Shown here: positions 1 through 14,931 of the stretch, piece after piece | Position numbering within the stretch: the stretch's first letter is position 1 | How the letters are laid out: each line of letters starts with the position of its first letter | From: Eledone cirrhosa | Taxonomy: Eukaryota | Assembly (NCBI GenBank): GCA_964016885.1 | Contig: OZ024742.1 | Coordinates: forward strand, 12,090,001-12,154,000 | Reading direction: 5' to 3' | Length of the DNA: 64,000 bases | Position numbers and translations under genes: made by a program | Notes under the pieces: model-generated | Seen by the model: the letters and a program-made list of their open reading frames with translations, nothing else | What the model was told of the DNA's origin: nothing | Database searches by the model: none

Positions 1-3000
1 AGTATACGTCCATACAACTATTATACATCCATACAACTATTATACATCCATACAACTATTATACGTCTATACAACTATTATACATCCATACAACTATTAT
101 ACATCCATACAACTATTATACGTCTCTACAACTATTATACATCCATACAACTATTATACATCTCTACAACTATTATACGTCCATACAACTATTATACATC
201 CATACAACTATTATACGGCCATACAACTATTATACATTCATACAACTATTATACATCCATACTACTATTATACATCCATACAACTATTATACATCCATAC
301 AAATATTATACGTCTATACAACTATTATACGTCCATACAACTATTATACATCCGTACAACTATTATACATCCATACAACTATTATACATCCCTACAACTA
401 TTATACATCCATACAACTATTATACATCCATACAACTATTATACGTCTCTACAACTAGTATACATCCATACAACTATTATACGTCCATACAACTATTATA
501 CATCCATACAACTATTATACATCCATACAACTATTATACATCCATACAACTATTATACGTCTATAAACCTATTATACATCCATACAACTATTATACGTCT
601 ATACACCTATTATACATCTATACACCTATTATACATCCATATAACTATTATACGTCTATACAACTATACATACATCCATACACCTATTATACATCCATAC
701 AACTATTATACGTCCATACAACTATTATACGTCTATACAACTATACATACATCCATACACCTATTATACGTCCATACAACTATTATACGTCCATACAACT
801 ATTATACATCTATACCACTATTATACGGCCATACAACTATTATACATCTATACAACTATTATACGTCCATACAACTATTATACATCCATACAACTATTAT
901 ACATCCATACAACTATTATACATCCATACAACTATTATACATCTATACAACTATTATACGTCCATACAACTATTATACATCTATACAACTATTATACGGC
1001 CATACAACTATTATACATCCATACAACTATTATATATCCATACAACTATTATACATCCATACAACTATTATACATCAATACAACTATTATACATCCATAC
1101 AACTATTATACATCTATACAACTATTATACATCCATACAACTATTATACGTCCATACAACTATTATACATCCATGCAACTATTATACATCCATACAACAA
1201 TTATACATCCATACAACTATTATACTTCCATACAACTATTATACGTCTCTATAACTATTATACATCCATACAACTATTATACATCCATACAACTATTATA
1301 CATCCATACACCTCTTATACATCCATACAACTATTATAAGTCTATACAACTATACATACATCCATACAACTATTATACATCCATACAACTATTATACATC
1401 CATACAACTATTATACATCCATACAACTATTATACGTCTATACAACTAGTATACATCCATACAACTATTATACGTCCATACAACAATTATACATCCATAC
1501 AACTATTATACGTCCATACAACTATTATACGTACATACAACTTTTATACATCCATACAACTATTATACATCCATACAACTATTATACATCCATACAAATA
1601 TTATACATCCATACAACTATTAGACATTCATACAACTATTATACATCCATACAACTTTTATACATCCATACAACTATTATACATCCATACAAATATTATA
1701 CATCCATACAACTATTATACATCCATACAACTCTTATACATCCATACAACTATTACACACCCATACAACTATTATACTTTCATACCACTATTATACAACC
1801 ATACAACTATTATACAGCCATACAACTAGTATACATCCGTACAACTATTATACATCCATACAACTATTATACAACCATACAACTATTATACATCCATACA
1901 ACTTTTATACATCCATACAACTATTATACATCCATACAACTATTATACATCCATACAACTATTATACATCCATACAACTATTATACGTCTCTACAGCTAG
2001 TATACATCCATACAACTATTATACATCCATACAACTTTTATACATCCATACAACTATTATACGTCCATACAACTTTTATACATCCATACAATTATTATAC
2101 ATCCATACAACTATTATACATCCATACAACTATTATACATCCATACAACTATTATACGTCTCTACAGCTAGTATACATCCATACAACTATTATACATCCA
2201 TACAACTTTTATACATCCATACAACTATTATACATCCATACAACTATTATACATCCATACAACTATTATACATCCATACAACTATTATACAGCCATACAC
2301 CTATTATACATCCATACACCTATTATACGTCTCTACAGCTAGTATACAACAATACAACTATTATACATCCATACAACTTTTTATACATCCATACAACTAT
2401 TATACATCCATACAACTTTTATACATCCATACAACTATTATACATCCATACAACTATTATACGTCTCTACAGCTAGTATACATCCATACAACTATTATAC
2501 ATCCATACAACTTTTATACATCCATACAACTATTATACATCCATACAACTATTATACATCCATACAACTTTTATACATCCATACAACTATTATACATCCA
2601 TACAACTTTTATACATCCATACAACTATTATACATCCATACAACTTTTATACATCCATACAATTATTATACATCCATACAACTATTATACATCCATACAA
2701 CTATTATAGGTCTATACAACTATACATACATCCATACACCTATTATACATCCATACAACTATTATACATCCATACAACTATTATACGTCTATACAACTAT
2801 TATACAGCCATACAACTATTATACATCCATACAGCTTTTCTACATCCATACAACTATTATACATCCATACAACTATTATAGGTCTATACAACTATACGTA
2901 CATCCATACACCTATTATACATCTATACAACTATTATACATCCATACAACTATTATATATCCATACAACTATTATACATCCATACAACTATTATACATCC

Positions 3001-6000
3001 ATACAACTATTATACGTCTATACAATTATTATACATCCATACAACTATTATACATCCATACAACTATTATACATCCATACAACTATTATACATCCATACA
3101 ACTATTATACATCTATACAACTATTATACATCCATACAACTATTATACGTCCATACAACTATTATACATCCATACAACTATTATACATCCATACAACTAT
3201 TATACGTCCATACAACTATTATACATCCATACAACTATTATACAACCATACAACTATTATACATCTATACACCTATTATACATCCATACAACTATTATAT
3301 GTCCATATAACTATTATACATCCATACACCTATTATACATCCATACAACTATTATACATCCACACAACTATTATACATCCATACAACTATTATACATCCA
3401 TACACCTATTATACATCCATACAACTATTATACATCCATACAACTATTATACGTCCATACAACTATTATACATCCATACAACTATTATACGTCCATACAA
3501 CTATTATACATCCATACAACTATTATACGTCCATACAACTATTATACATCCATACAACTAGTATACATCTATACAACTAGTATACATCTATACAACTATT
3601 ATACATCCATACAACTATTATACGTCCATACAACTATTATACATCCATACAACTATTATACATCCATACAACTAGTATACATCTATACAACTATTATACA
3701 TCCATACAACTATTATACGTCCATACAACTATTATACATCCATACACCTATTATACATCCATACAACTATTATACATCCATACAACTATTATACGTCCAT
3801 ACAACTATTATACATCCATACAACTATTATACATCTATACAACTATTATACATCCATACAACTATTATACATCCATACAACTATTATACATCCATACAAC
3901 TATTATACATCCATACAACTATTATACATCCATACAACTATTATACATCCATACAACTATTATACGGCCATACGACTATTATACGTCCATACAACTATTA
4001 TACATCCATACAACGATTATACATCCATACAACTATTATACGTCCATACAACTATTAAATGTCTATACAACTATTATACATCCATACAACTATTATACAT
4101 CCATACAACTATTATACATCCATACAACTATTATACATCTATACAAATATTATACATCCATACAACTATTATACATCCATACAACTATTATACATCCATA
4201 CAACTATTATACGGCCATACAACGATTATACATCTATACAACTATTATACGTCCATACAAGTATTAAATGACTATACAACTATTATACATCCATACAACT
4301 ATTATACATCCATACAACTATTATACATCTATACAAATATTATACATCCATACAACTATTATACATCCATACAACTTTTATACATCCATACAACTATTAT
4401 ACGTCCATACAACTATTAAATGACTATACAACTATTATACATCCATACAACTATTATACATCCATACAACTATTATACATCTATACAAATATTATACATC
4501 CATACAACTATTATACATCCATACAACTTTTATACATCCATACAACTATTATACATCCATACATCTATTATACATCCATACAACTATTATACGCCCATGC
4601 AACTATTATACATCCATACAACTATTATACATCCATACAACTATTATACTTCCATACAACTATTATACGTCTCTACAACTATTATACATCCATATAACTA
4701 TTATACATCCATACAACTATTATACATCCATACACCTCTTATACATCCATACAACTATTATAAGTCTATACAACTATACATACATCCATACAACTATTAT
4801 ACATCCATACAACTATTATACATCCATACAACTATTATACATCCATACAACTAATATACGTCTATACAACTAGTATACATCCATACAACTATTATACGTC
4901 CATACAACTATTATACATCCATACAACTATTATACATCCATACAACTATTATACATCCATACAACTATTATACGTCCATACAACTATTATACGTACATAC
5001 AACTTTTATACATCCATACAACTATTATACATCCATACAACTATTATACATCCATACAACTATTATACATCCATACAACTATTAGACATTCATACAACTA
5101 TTATACATCCATACAACTTTTATACATCCATACAACTATTATACATCCATACAACTAATATACGGCCATACAACGATTATACATCTATACAACTATTATA
5201 CATCCATACAACTATTATACATCCATACAACTATTATACATCCATACAACTATTATACATCCATACAACTATTAGACATTCATACAACTATTATACATCT
5301 ATACAACTATTATACATCCATACAACTATTATACATCCATACAACTATTATACGGCCATACAACGATTATACATCTATACAACTATTATACATCCATACA
5401 ACTATTATACATCCATACAACTATTATACATCCATACAACTATTATACATCCATACAACTATTAGACATTCATACAACTATTATACATCTATACAACTTT
5501 TATACATCCATACAACTATTATACATCCATACAACTATTATACGGCCATACAACGATTATACATCTATACAACTATTATACATCCATACAACTATTATAC
5601 ATCCATACAACTCTTATAAATCCATACAACTATTACACACCCATACAACAATTATACTTTCATACCACTATTATACAACCATACAACTATTATACATCCA
5701 TACAACTAGTATACATCCGTACAACTATTATACATCCATACAACTATTATACAACCATACATCTATTATACATCCATACAACTTTTATACATCCATACAA
5801 CTATTATACATCCATACAACTATTATACATCCATACAACTATTATACATCCATACAACTATTATACGTCTCTACAACTAGTATACATCCATACAATTATT
5901 ATACATCCATACAACTATTATACATCCATACAACTATTATACATCCATACAACTATTATACATCCATACAACTATTATACATCCATACAACTATTATACA

Positions 6001-8310
6001 TCTATACAACTATTATACATCCATACAACTATTATACATCCATACAACTTTTATACATCCATACAACTATTATACATCCATACAACTATTATACATCCAT
6101 ACAACTATTATACGGCCATGCAACCATTATACATCCATACAACTATTATACATCCATACAACTATTATACATCCATACAACTATTATACATCCATACAAC
6201 TATTATACGTCCATACAACTATTATACATCCATACAACTATTATACATCCATACACCTCTTATACATCCATACAACTATTATAATCTATACAACTATACA
6301 TACATCCATACAACTATTATACATCCATACAACTATTATACATCCATACAAATATTATACGTCTATACAACTATTATACGTCCATACAACTATTATACAT
6401 CCATACAACTATTATACATCCATACAACTATTATACATCCATACAACTATTATACATCCATACAACTATTATACATCCATACAACTATTATAAATCCATA
6501 CAACTATTATACATCCATACAACTATTATACATCCATGCAACTATTATACGTCCATACAACTATTATACATCCATACAACTATTATACATCCATGCAACT
6601 ATTATACGTCTATACACCTATTATACATCCATACAACTATTATACGTCTATACACCTATTATACATCTATACACCTATTATACATCCATACAACTATTAT
6701 ACGTCTATACAACTATACATACATCCATACAACTATTATACATCCATACAACTATTATACGTCCATACAACTATTATACATCCATACAACTATTATACAT
6801 CCATACATCTATTATACGTCCATACAACTATTATACATCCATACAACTATTATACATCCATACAACTATTATACATCCATACAACTATTATACGTCCATA
6901 CAACTATTATACGTCCATACAACTATTATACATCCATACAACTATTATACATCCATACATCTATTATACGTCCATACAACTATTATACATCCATACAACT
7001 ATTATACATCCATACAACTATTATACGTCTATACAACTATTATACATCCATACAACTATTATACGTCTCTACAACTATTATACATCCATACAACTATTAT
7101 ACGTCTCTACAACTATTATACATCCATACAACTTTTATACATCCATACAACTATTATACATCCATACAACTATTATACGTCCATACAACTATTATACATC
7201 CATACATCTATTATACGTCTATACACCTATTATACATCCATACATCTATTATACGTCTATACAACTATACATACATCCATACACCTATTATACATCCATA
7301 CAACTATTATACATCCATACAACTATTATACGTCTATACAACTATTATACATCCATACAACTATTATACATCCATACAACTATTATACGTCTATACAACT
7401 ATACATACATCCATACAACTATTATACATCCATACAACTATTATACGTCTATACAACTATTATACATCCATACACCTATTATACATCCATACAACTATTA
7501 TACATCCATACAACTATTATACATCCATACAACTATTATACGTCTATACAACTATTATACATCCATACACCTATTATACATCCATACAACTATTATACAT
7601 CCATACAACTATTATACGTCTATACAACTATTATACATCCATACACCTATTATACATCCATACAACTATTATACATCCATACAACTATTATACGTCTATA
7701 CAACTATACATACATCCATACAACTATTATACATCCATACAACTATTATACGTCTATACAACTATACATACATCCATACACCTATTATACATCCATACAA
7801 CTATTATACATCCATACAACTATTATACATCCATACAGTTTTTCTACATCCATACAACTATTATACATCTATACAACTATTATACATCCATACAACTATT
7901 ATATATCCATACAACTATTATACATCTATACAACTATTATACATCGATACAACTATTATACATATATACAACTATTATCCATCCATACAACTATTATACA
8001 TCCATACAACTATTATAAGTCTATACAATTATTTTACATCCATACAACTATTATACATCCATACAACTATTATACATCCATACAACTATTATACATCCAT
8101 ACAACTATTATACATCCATACAACTATAATACATCCATACAACTATTATACATCCATACAACTATTATACATCCATACAACTATTATACGTCTCTACAAC
8201 TATTATACGTCTCTACAACTATTATACATCCATACAACTATTATACATCCATACAACTATTTTACATCCATACAACTATTATACGTCTCTACAACTATTA
8301 TACTTTCATA
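1..8310. repeat. 19-bp tandem satellite (consensus CATCCATACAACTATTATA), continues beyond the window start
   Basis: Continuous 19-mer array with variants (CGTCC, CGTCT, CATCT). The long + strand ORFs (e.g. 6118-8319) are just the translated repeat. Confidence 0.98.
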
Positions 8311-8766
8311 CCAACGTAGACCAGAAAGAGAGAAAAACAAAACAAAACAGAACAGAAAAAGAATATAGGTTTTCTTTTACGATTTGAGATGGGAAGTTTG
8401 GTATGCTGGCACCATACGTGGTTTCACTCTAAACTATAAAGATAAGGGAGCAGATCAGATGATAAACAGTTGAAAGCAAAACTAGACACGGACAAATGGA
8501 GAACATCTGGAAGTTAACAGCACTCGCCGATTTCGCCTTCTTCACACTAACCTTAACAAACGTTAAATACTGAATAGCACGTGCTAGTGTTAAAGGGACA
8601 CCGAGCCCCCTAGTACTGTCGTAACTGTTCCGAGAATATTTGCCGCACTTTTTAATGCACAGGAATTCGAAATTCCCCCTCTATACCCTCTCCTTATCTC
8701 TTTTCCTCTCACTCTATCTATTTCCTCACACACACACACACACAGACTACTCACATAATATGTGTG

Positions 8767-8813
<47 letters not shown>

Positions 8814-9332
8814 TTTCCCCTTCGCTGTGACCTGTCTTTTTCTCTTCCCTTACTGCTATTCTCTTTCTCTCTCTCCCTTCTCTCTCCTTCTCTCTTTTAC
8901 TTTCACTCACCGCCTCTGCTAGTCACCCTCTCTCGGCCAGCCTCTTCCTCACACTTTCACTCACTCACTCTCTGCTACTCACCCTCTCTCTCACTTCCTC
9001 CATCGTCCCACACCGTTCGAGATTCTTTCCTCACTCACATCCGCACGGCCAACATGTGTCTTTGGCTTCTCCTCAATATTCGCAACTTCTTATGTTCAAA
9101 ATGAATTATTGACGTGATTTTCGCATTTTTTCATCTCTTTCCGTTGCCTCACCTTTCGTGTTTGTTTACCTGTCTCTCTTTCTCCACCCAACTCTTTTTA
9201 ATACAATAATTTAATTTAGTTATTGTATCGTCCTAGCTTAAGGTATCTGGTCTGTAATGCGAAGAAATACCTATGATGGCTAGTAGACCACTGATGACGG
9301 ATATTCCTGGCTTCTATTGCTAATTCTTCATT

Positions 9333-9390
<58 letters not shown>

Positions 9391-9540
9391 AAGCAGAAAA
9401 TTGCTTATTGTAATTCTTTTTTTAATGCTTACCTGTGTTTTCTCTTTTATCCTATATACATATATATATATATATATATATTTCGTTTCTGAATTTGTTT
9501 AGCAAGATTCTTTATCTGAAAACGTGTGTTGAAACCGGTA

Positions 9541-9722
9541 TTGCTATACTTTGGGAGGGTCATGTTGCCAATAAGAAACACACGCACCAGTTGCTTTCAC
9601 TTAAATTTATTTTAAATTTAAGAAATTTATAAATTTCTTAAATTTATAATTTAATTTATAATAAATTGGAGTGAAAGCTACTGGTGCGTATGTTTCTTAT
9701 TGACAATATGACCCTCCCAAAG

Positions 9723-9730
<8 letters not shown>
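9541..9730. repeat. Imperfect ~190-bp inverted repeat between (TA)n runs; probable Penelope-like remnant
   Basis: ACTTTGGGAGGGTCATGTTGCCAATAAGAAAC... pairs with ...GTTTCTTATTGACAATATGACCCTCCCAAAGT. Preceded by an HHR-like 3' half GAAACCGGTA-TTGCTA at ~9531. Confidence 0.7.
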
Positions 9731-9769
<39 letters not shown>

Positions 9770-9898
9770 ACGAAGGAGGTGTGGTAAGGAACCAGATGGA
9801 CCATAACGCACCAGAGTACTCAATACTTAGGGTAGTATAGTGGGTAATAGGAAAATAGCCGTCGAAACGGCTTGAGCTCTGCCGTCGGGGTCAAACAT

Positions 9899-9900
<2 letters not shown>
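9770..9900. mobile_element. Short (TA)n-flanked repeat family carrying an HHR 3' half (copies at ~12388-12556 and ~46995-47208)
   Basis: Shared GGACCATAACGCACCAGAGT...AATAGGAA and CGAAACGGCTTGAGCTCTGCCGTC-GGGGTC (GAAA, stem III CGGC/GCCG, GUC). Confidence 0.75.
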
Positions 9901-9932
<32 letters not shown>

Positions 9933-9940
<8 letters not shown>

Positions 9941-10670
9941 CGTAAAGTAAGAAAATTGTTTTAAAAAAAAAAATTCTAAAAAAATTAACTTACTTAAATT
10001 TTCACTCCAACTAATTAGTTTCTGCAATGGGATAAAGACAGTTACGTAATGAACTGTTGAGAATTTCATTGCGTTATCAGGGAGGTCATTCTCAGCCAAG
10101 TTGCCAGACAATGCGCGGACACTGGGGACTCATATAAAAATAATAATAATTCTGTAAATGGAACAGCTATCGAGGACTGGATTCCAGTTACTGAAAATTC
10201 TCACTGCCACTGATCAAATGGCCGATTCTAAAGAATCAATCACGTGACACAGAGGCTAGTCAGTAGGAATGGGATGGTAAGATGACAGACGCCTACTAAC
10301 ACCCCCCAAAAATTTAGAAGTGGTTTTGGCAGGTTTGCTCGACAAATCAGTGATTTGGAGATAAATATAGATAATTTAATATATCTACTAACATAAGCGC
10401 ACAGATATACGCTAATGCCAGCAAATACACAGGTTATGTCATAGTACCTAGGTGGTTCAATGCAGGAGGATACAGAACAATAATATAAAAGACGTAAAAT
10501 AAGAAAATTCGTTTTTTTTTTAAAAGAATTTTCTTATTTTACGTCTTTTATATTATTGTTCTGCATCCTCCTGCATTGAACCACCTAGGTACTATGACAT
10601 AACCTGTGTATTTGCTGGCATTAGCGTACATCTGTGCGCTTATGTTAGTAGATATATTAAATTATCTATA
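9933..10670 (-). mobile_element. HHR-containing PLE/retrozyme-like insert: ~550-bp unit with terminal redundancy plus an inverted arm
   Basis: Direct repeat ATAAAAGACGTAAA(G/A)TAAGAAAATT at 9933 and ~10485. Palindrome ~10366-10670. Homologous to ~47460-47885 on the opposite strand. Flanked by (TA)n. Confidence 0.8.
10005..10084 (-). ncRNA. Type I hammerhead ribozyme motif with mutated core (CUGAUAA)
   Basis: Minus strand: CTCC-CTGATAA-c-GCAATG...CATTGC-a-GAAA-CTAATTAG-TT-GGAG. Confidence 0.75.
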
Positions 10671-10724
10671 TATATATATATATACGATATTAATAAATGG
10701 AAACTATATTTATAAAACCATATT

Positions 10725-10789
10725 TATTTCATTATATATATTTCAGGGATACCAAATTAAATTATGGTATGCCTTCATCAGACAAAATA
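10725..10789 (-). ncRNA. Type I hammerhead ribozyme motif
   Basis: Minus strand: TATTTTGT-CTGATGA-AGGcATACCA..TGGTATcCCT-GAAA-TATATA-TA-ATGAAATA. Family copies at ~23.0-23.4 kb and ~46.5-46.9 kb. Confidence 0.8.
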
Positions 10790-10951
10790 CAATATATAAC
10801 AGTTTTACAAATAAGCTTTGACGTACCCTATTAAAATGCAACCATTGTTTTTGGAAGCATTTTTTCATATATATATATATATATATAAAACCATTTTTTC
10901 ATATATATATATATATATATATATAAAAGCGGGAGCTTCTAAGTCTACGTC

Positions 10952-11045
<94 letters not shown>

Positions 11046-11049
11046 CGAT

Positions 11050-11755
11050 AACGCTATTCTCTGTCAGTAATGTGCTCAAAGGAGAAGGAATTCCGAGCTC
11101 TTTATAATACAATATGTTGAAAAGGTAACACACTAGAGAGAGAGATAGTGCGCCATCAATCAATTGATAGTGCACTATCTCTCTCTCTGGTGTGTTACCT
11201 TTTCAACATATTGTATTATAAAGGGCTCGGGTTTCCTTCTTCTTTGAGCACATTACTGACAGAGAATAGCGAGAGTCTATGGTTCCGTTAATTTATCGTG
11301 ATATTTCGCTCCTTATAACAGTCTCTTCTCTCTCTCTGTTTGGTTGAGCACACTTCTCTGAGTTGTTTGGGTTGCCCTTTCTAGCAGCTCGTCCCTCATA
11401 GGCCACTAGTTACTGCCCTAGGCACGCTGTGACTTCTCTCTCCCACGTGTGGCTGGACGGTCGCTTTAAATTCTCTTAGAGTTGTCTGAAATGTATAGCC
11501 TTACACACGCTGATGAACCATGGACTATTCATTTCTGTCAACAACTTATTGGCGAAACAGATCCCTTTGGATTTGTATGTGCGTCTTTGATAGGTATCGA
11601 GGTATGTATTTACACTTTAATTTATACTTTTAATTATCGTGTGTCTACTCTGCCTTCCATGGGTTATAGATTCCATACACCGGTGCTTTTCCTTGTTTGA
11701 TTGATGGCGCACTATCTCTCTCTAGTGTGTTACCTTTTCAACATATTGTATTATA
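11050..11755 (+). mobile_element. HHR-containing PLE/retrozyme-like insert: inverted arm plus ~535-bp unit with terminal redundancy
   Basis: Palindrome ~11052-11270 (centre ~11160). Segment ~11164-11220 is repeated directly at ~11700-11753. HHR at 11503. (TA)n on both sides. Confidence 0.85.
11503..11584 (+). ncRNA. Type I hammerhead ribozyme motif, complete
   Basis: ACACACG-CTGATGA-aCCA...TGGc-GAAA-CAGATCC-CTTT-GGATTTG-TA^TGTGCGT. Predicted cleavage after 11577. Confidence 0.9.
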
Positions 11756-11809
11756 TATATATATATATATACATATATATATACAAGTATAAATATAAAT
11801 ATAAATATA

Positions 11810-12322
11810 AATATAAATTTAGGGAGAATCGCATTTCGGCGGGTAGAAATTAGCGAAACGCAACTTCTATATTGTGCAGACAAGCGCTCCATGCATATGA
11901 AGAGGATAGCAGAGCTATAAACATGAGTTAAAATGGTCATACACGCTGAGACGATGGTTAAGAAGCCATTAACCACCTTAGCCAAAAAAGCGAACAAGCT
12001 AAACGCGTCAACCAAAATGAGATATGATTGAAATAGTTACCCGGACCCTCGGGGAAGATGGAATACTCCGAAATTGGGTTTCTGCAACACCTAAATCAAT
12101 AATACTGTCTGCTTACAAAAATAAGCTTTTGGTATAATGATCGAACATGGCATCGCCTTCTCAACAGGTTTTTGTTCTTGTTGCGCCGGAATCTCGCATG
12201 TTGTGAAAGCACATGTGAGATTCTAAAGGGAGAAAACCCCTATTTTGGCCAGTGAATTCAGCATGTGTAGTTATTGCAAAAATTTGCAAAAACCGCACAA
12301 AGCGAATAAGCTATCTACCGAG
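11810..12322. mobile_element. Dispersed (TA)n-flanked repeat, homologous to 14931-15550
   Basis: Shared blocks GAGAATCGCATTTCGGC, CTGAGACGATGGTTA, TTACCCGGACCC, TTGGGTTTCTGC and TTCTCAACAGGTTTT. Confidence 0.75.
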
Positions 12323-12323
12323 T

Positions 12324-12389
<66 letters not shown>

Positions 12390-12553
12390 CGGGGGAAGTG
12401 TGTTAAGGAACAAGGTGGACCATAACGCACCAGAGTGTTCGATAATTTGGGTAGTGAGTGAGTAATAGGAAAAGGTTGAGGACCCCAACGGCAGAGCCCC
12501 AGAAATAACCATCGAAACGGCTTGACCTCTGCCGTCGGGTTCCTGAACCCTTT

Positions 12554-12623
<70 letters not shown>

Positions 12624-12699
12624 GATAAGCAGAACAAGCAAAATTCAACCAATTTTTTAAAATAAATTAAAAAATATAATATAAATATTTACCTCTTCT

Positions 12700-12788
12700 A
12701 ATGGTCCCTACTGATCAGTTTCGCTTTGTAAAACCCCAGAAATCCGATGGATATCTGATGGAAAACCAAAGCTCATCAGAGAAGCATT
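12700..12788 (-). ncRNA. Type I hammerhead ribozyme motif, complete
   Basis: Minus strand: AATGcTTCT-CTGATGA-GCTTTG...CAAAGC-GAAA-CTGATCAG-TA^GGGAcCATT. Palindromic stem III. Confidence 0.9.
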
Positions 12789-13070
12789 TTCCTTTCCTAG
12801 GGCTAAAAGACCCAGGAACTATAAAATATATGACCTCCTGCCAGCTAACACAGGTCTGAAAGGTTGTAAAAGTGACCCGTATGTAAACCGGTCTGAAGTA
12901 AAAGGGGGAAACCACAGACTTGCTGTCTATAATTACTACTAAAAAATAGCAGCTAAATAGAACAACAGATTTGTTCTCTACATAACGGAGATTAATGAAT
13001 GAAGTTAATATGTCCAAGCATACTAAGTACCCCTAGAAATACATAGGTTGTCTATGATTCAAGGTTGTTC

Positions 13071-13154
<84 letters not shown>

Positions 13155-13523
13155 ACACACACATGCATATATGTATGTGTGTGAGTGTGTGTGTGTGCAT
13201 GTGTATATAATGTACGTGTGTTTATCCATGTCCGTGTATGTGTGTGTGTGCGTCTGCATGTGTCTGTGCGTGTTAGTTTCTTACATATTTTAAATCTGGA
13301 GAAGATAAAAAAGAAAATTTCCTGAAATACCATTTGAAGACAGGAATAAATTACCTGTGTCTTCAAATCTAAGAGCAGTAGGTAAGGGAGACAACTGCAA
13401 CAATATCAACTAATCCATGTTTAAGAAAGAAGGACAGTAATGGATGCATCGTACTTGATAAGCAACCGGTGATAGTAACAAATATATTTCTATCCTAATA
13501 TATATTGTTCTGATTATATCTCA

Positions 13524-13740
13524 CTGGCAGTATCGGTAGAGCGTCGGGCACCATGCTTTGCTGCATAGAGTTACGGCTCTTTACGCTCTGAGTTCAAATC
13601 CCGCTGATATTAACTTTACCTTTCATCCTTAGATGGTCGATAAAATAATGTAGCAGTAACATTCTGAGGTCGATTTAATCGATTTCACTTCCACAACATC
13701 AAAATTGTTAGCTTTGTTCGTATATCCGGAACCATTATAT
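13524..13740 (+). mobile_element. tRNA-derived SINE, octopus-like family 1
   Basis: A box TGGCAGTATCGGTAG, B box GAGTTCAAATCCC, and body CTTTCATCCTT..GGTCGATAAAATAA. Same family at ~20.4-20.9, 24.7 and 26.3 kb. Confidence 0.8.
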
Positions 13741-14009
13741 CTCATCAACGATGTCTAGACTCACTTAGTCTGCTTAGAATGATGGACAAGATGTAGAGAT
13801 ATTTCTATATAATCTAACAAAGAGATTGAATGATCCTCCATCAGTTTCGACGATGATTATTTCAGTTGTTCAGGGAACGGAACAGCCTGCACATAGAATT
13901 AACGTGTAAGTGGCTGAGCATTAAATATTTATGTTTACCTTTAACGTAACTCTCAGGGAGATTCAATGTGACACTGTTTGTACCAAGTCTAAGTCTAAAA
14001 TTTGTCTCG

Positions 14010-14283
14010 ACCCAGGAGGATCATGAAGCCGGTGTTTACCTTGGTTTCCATGGCGTGAAGCGACTGAAAGTACAAATTTTCCCCCTGGACAGGACGCCAG
14101 TTCATCGCAGGGTTGAACCCCAGCTATTACTGGAACTCATTTTCAGCTGAGTATATTGGAGCAACGCGAAATGAAGTTTTTTTGCTCAAGAACCCAACAC
14201 ACAACCCAGGATGGAACCCCCAACATTATGATGTAAATCCAACACCTGTACCACTAGACTACGTCACTCCACACCATGCCGCC
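14010..14283 (-). mobile_element. tRNA-derived SINE with a V-domain-like core (family 2)
   Basis: Minus strand: GTAGTCTAGTGGT...TTCTTGAGCAA...CCCTGCGATGAACTGGCGTCCTGTCCAGGGG...GCTTCACGCCATGGAAACC. Matches 39705-40030. Confidence 0.7.
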
Positions 14284-14694
14284 TTTTATCATACAATTAA
14301 CCTGTAAGTGATTGAGTATTAAACATTCACGTCTAATATTAAGGACATTCTCAGAGAGATTGAACGTGATGTTTGTACTAAATCTTGTCCTTTGAATTAC
14401 AGATACGAGGCTTCGAATAAACTTTTAAGTATTTTAAATTTACACAATATAAACTAATTAAAACATGAGTAAACCCAAAGTTATAGAAAACGACACGTGC
14501 CTATGATGTCACACAATGGGATTGAACCTGTGACCTGGGAAGGGTACATATTAAATATTCTGCCTGTCATGCTGGCACCACATACAAAGCGATGGGTAAA
14601 GACAGACATTGTATTGGTAATTCTACAGAGATTCACATTTACAAATATATATATGTACATGTGTGTGTGTGTCAGTGTATGTCAGTGTCTCCGC

Positions 14695-14742
<48 letters not shown>

Positions 14743-14748
14743 GCATAT

Positions 14749-14848
<100 letters not shown>

Positions 14849-14862
14849 GCATATATACATAT

Positions 14863-14930
<68 letters not shown>

Positions 14931-14931
<1 letters not shown>

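Noticed and set aside
1173-8368. Long ORFs (up to 733 aa) of YIHTTIIHPYNYYTSIQLL repeats
   Set aside because: These are translations of a 19-bp satellite that lacks stops in all three + frames. Overlapping frames give the same peptide.
9285-9320. CTGATGACGGATATTCC
   Set aside because: No GAAA or stem III follows; at best a truncated 5' half.
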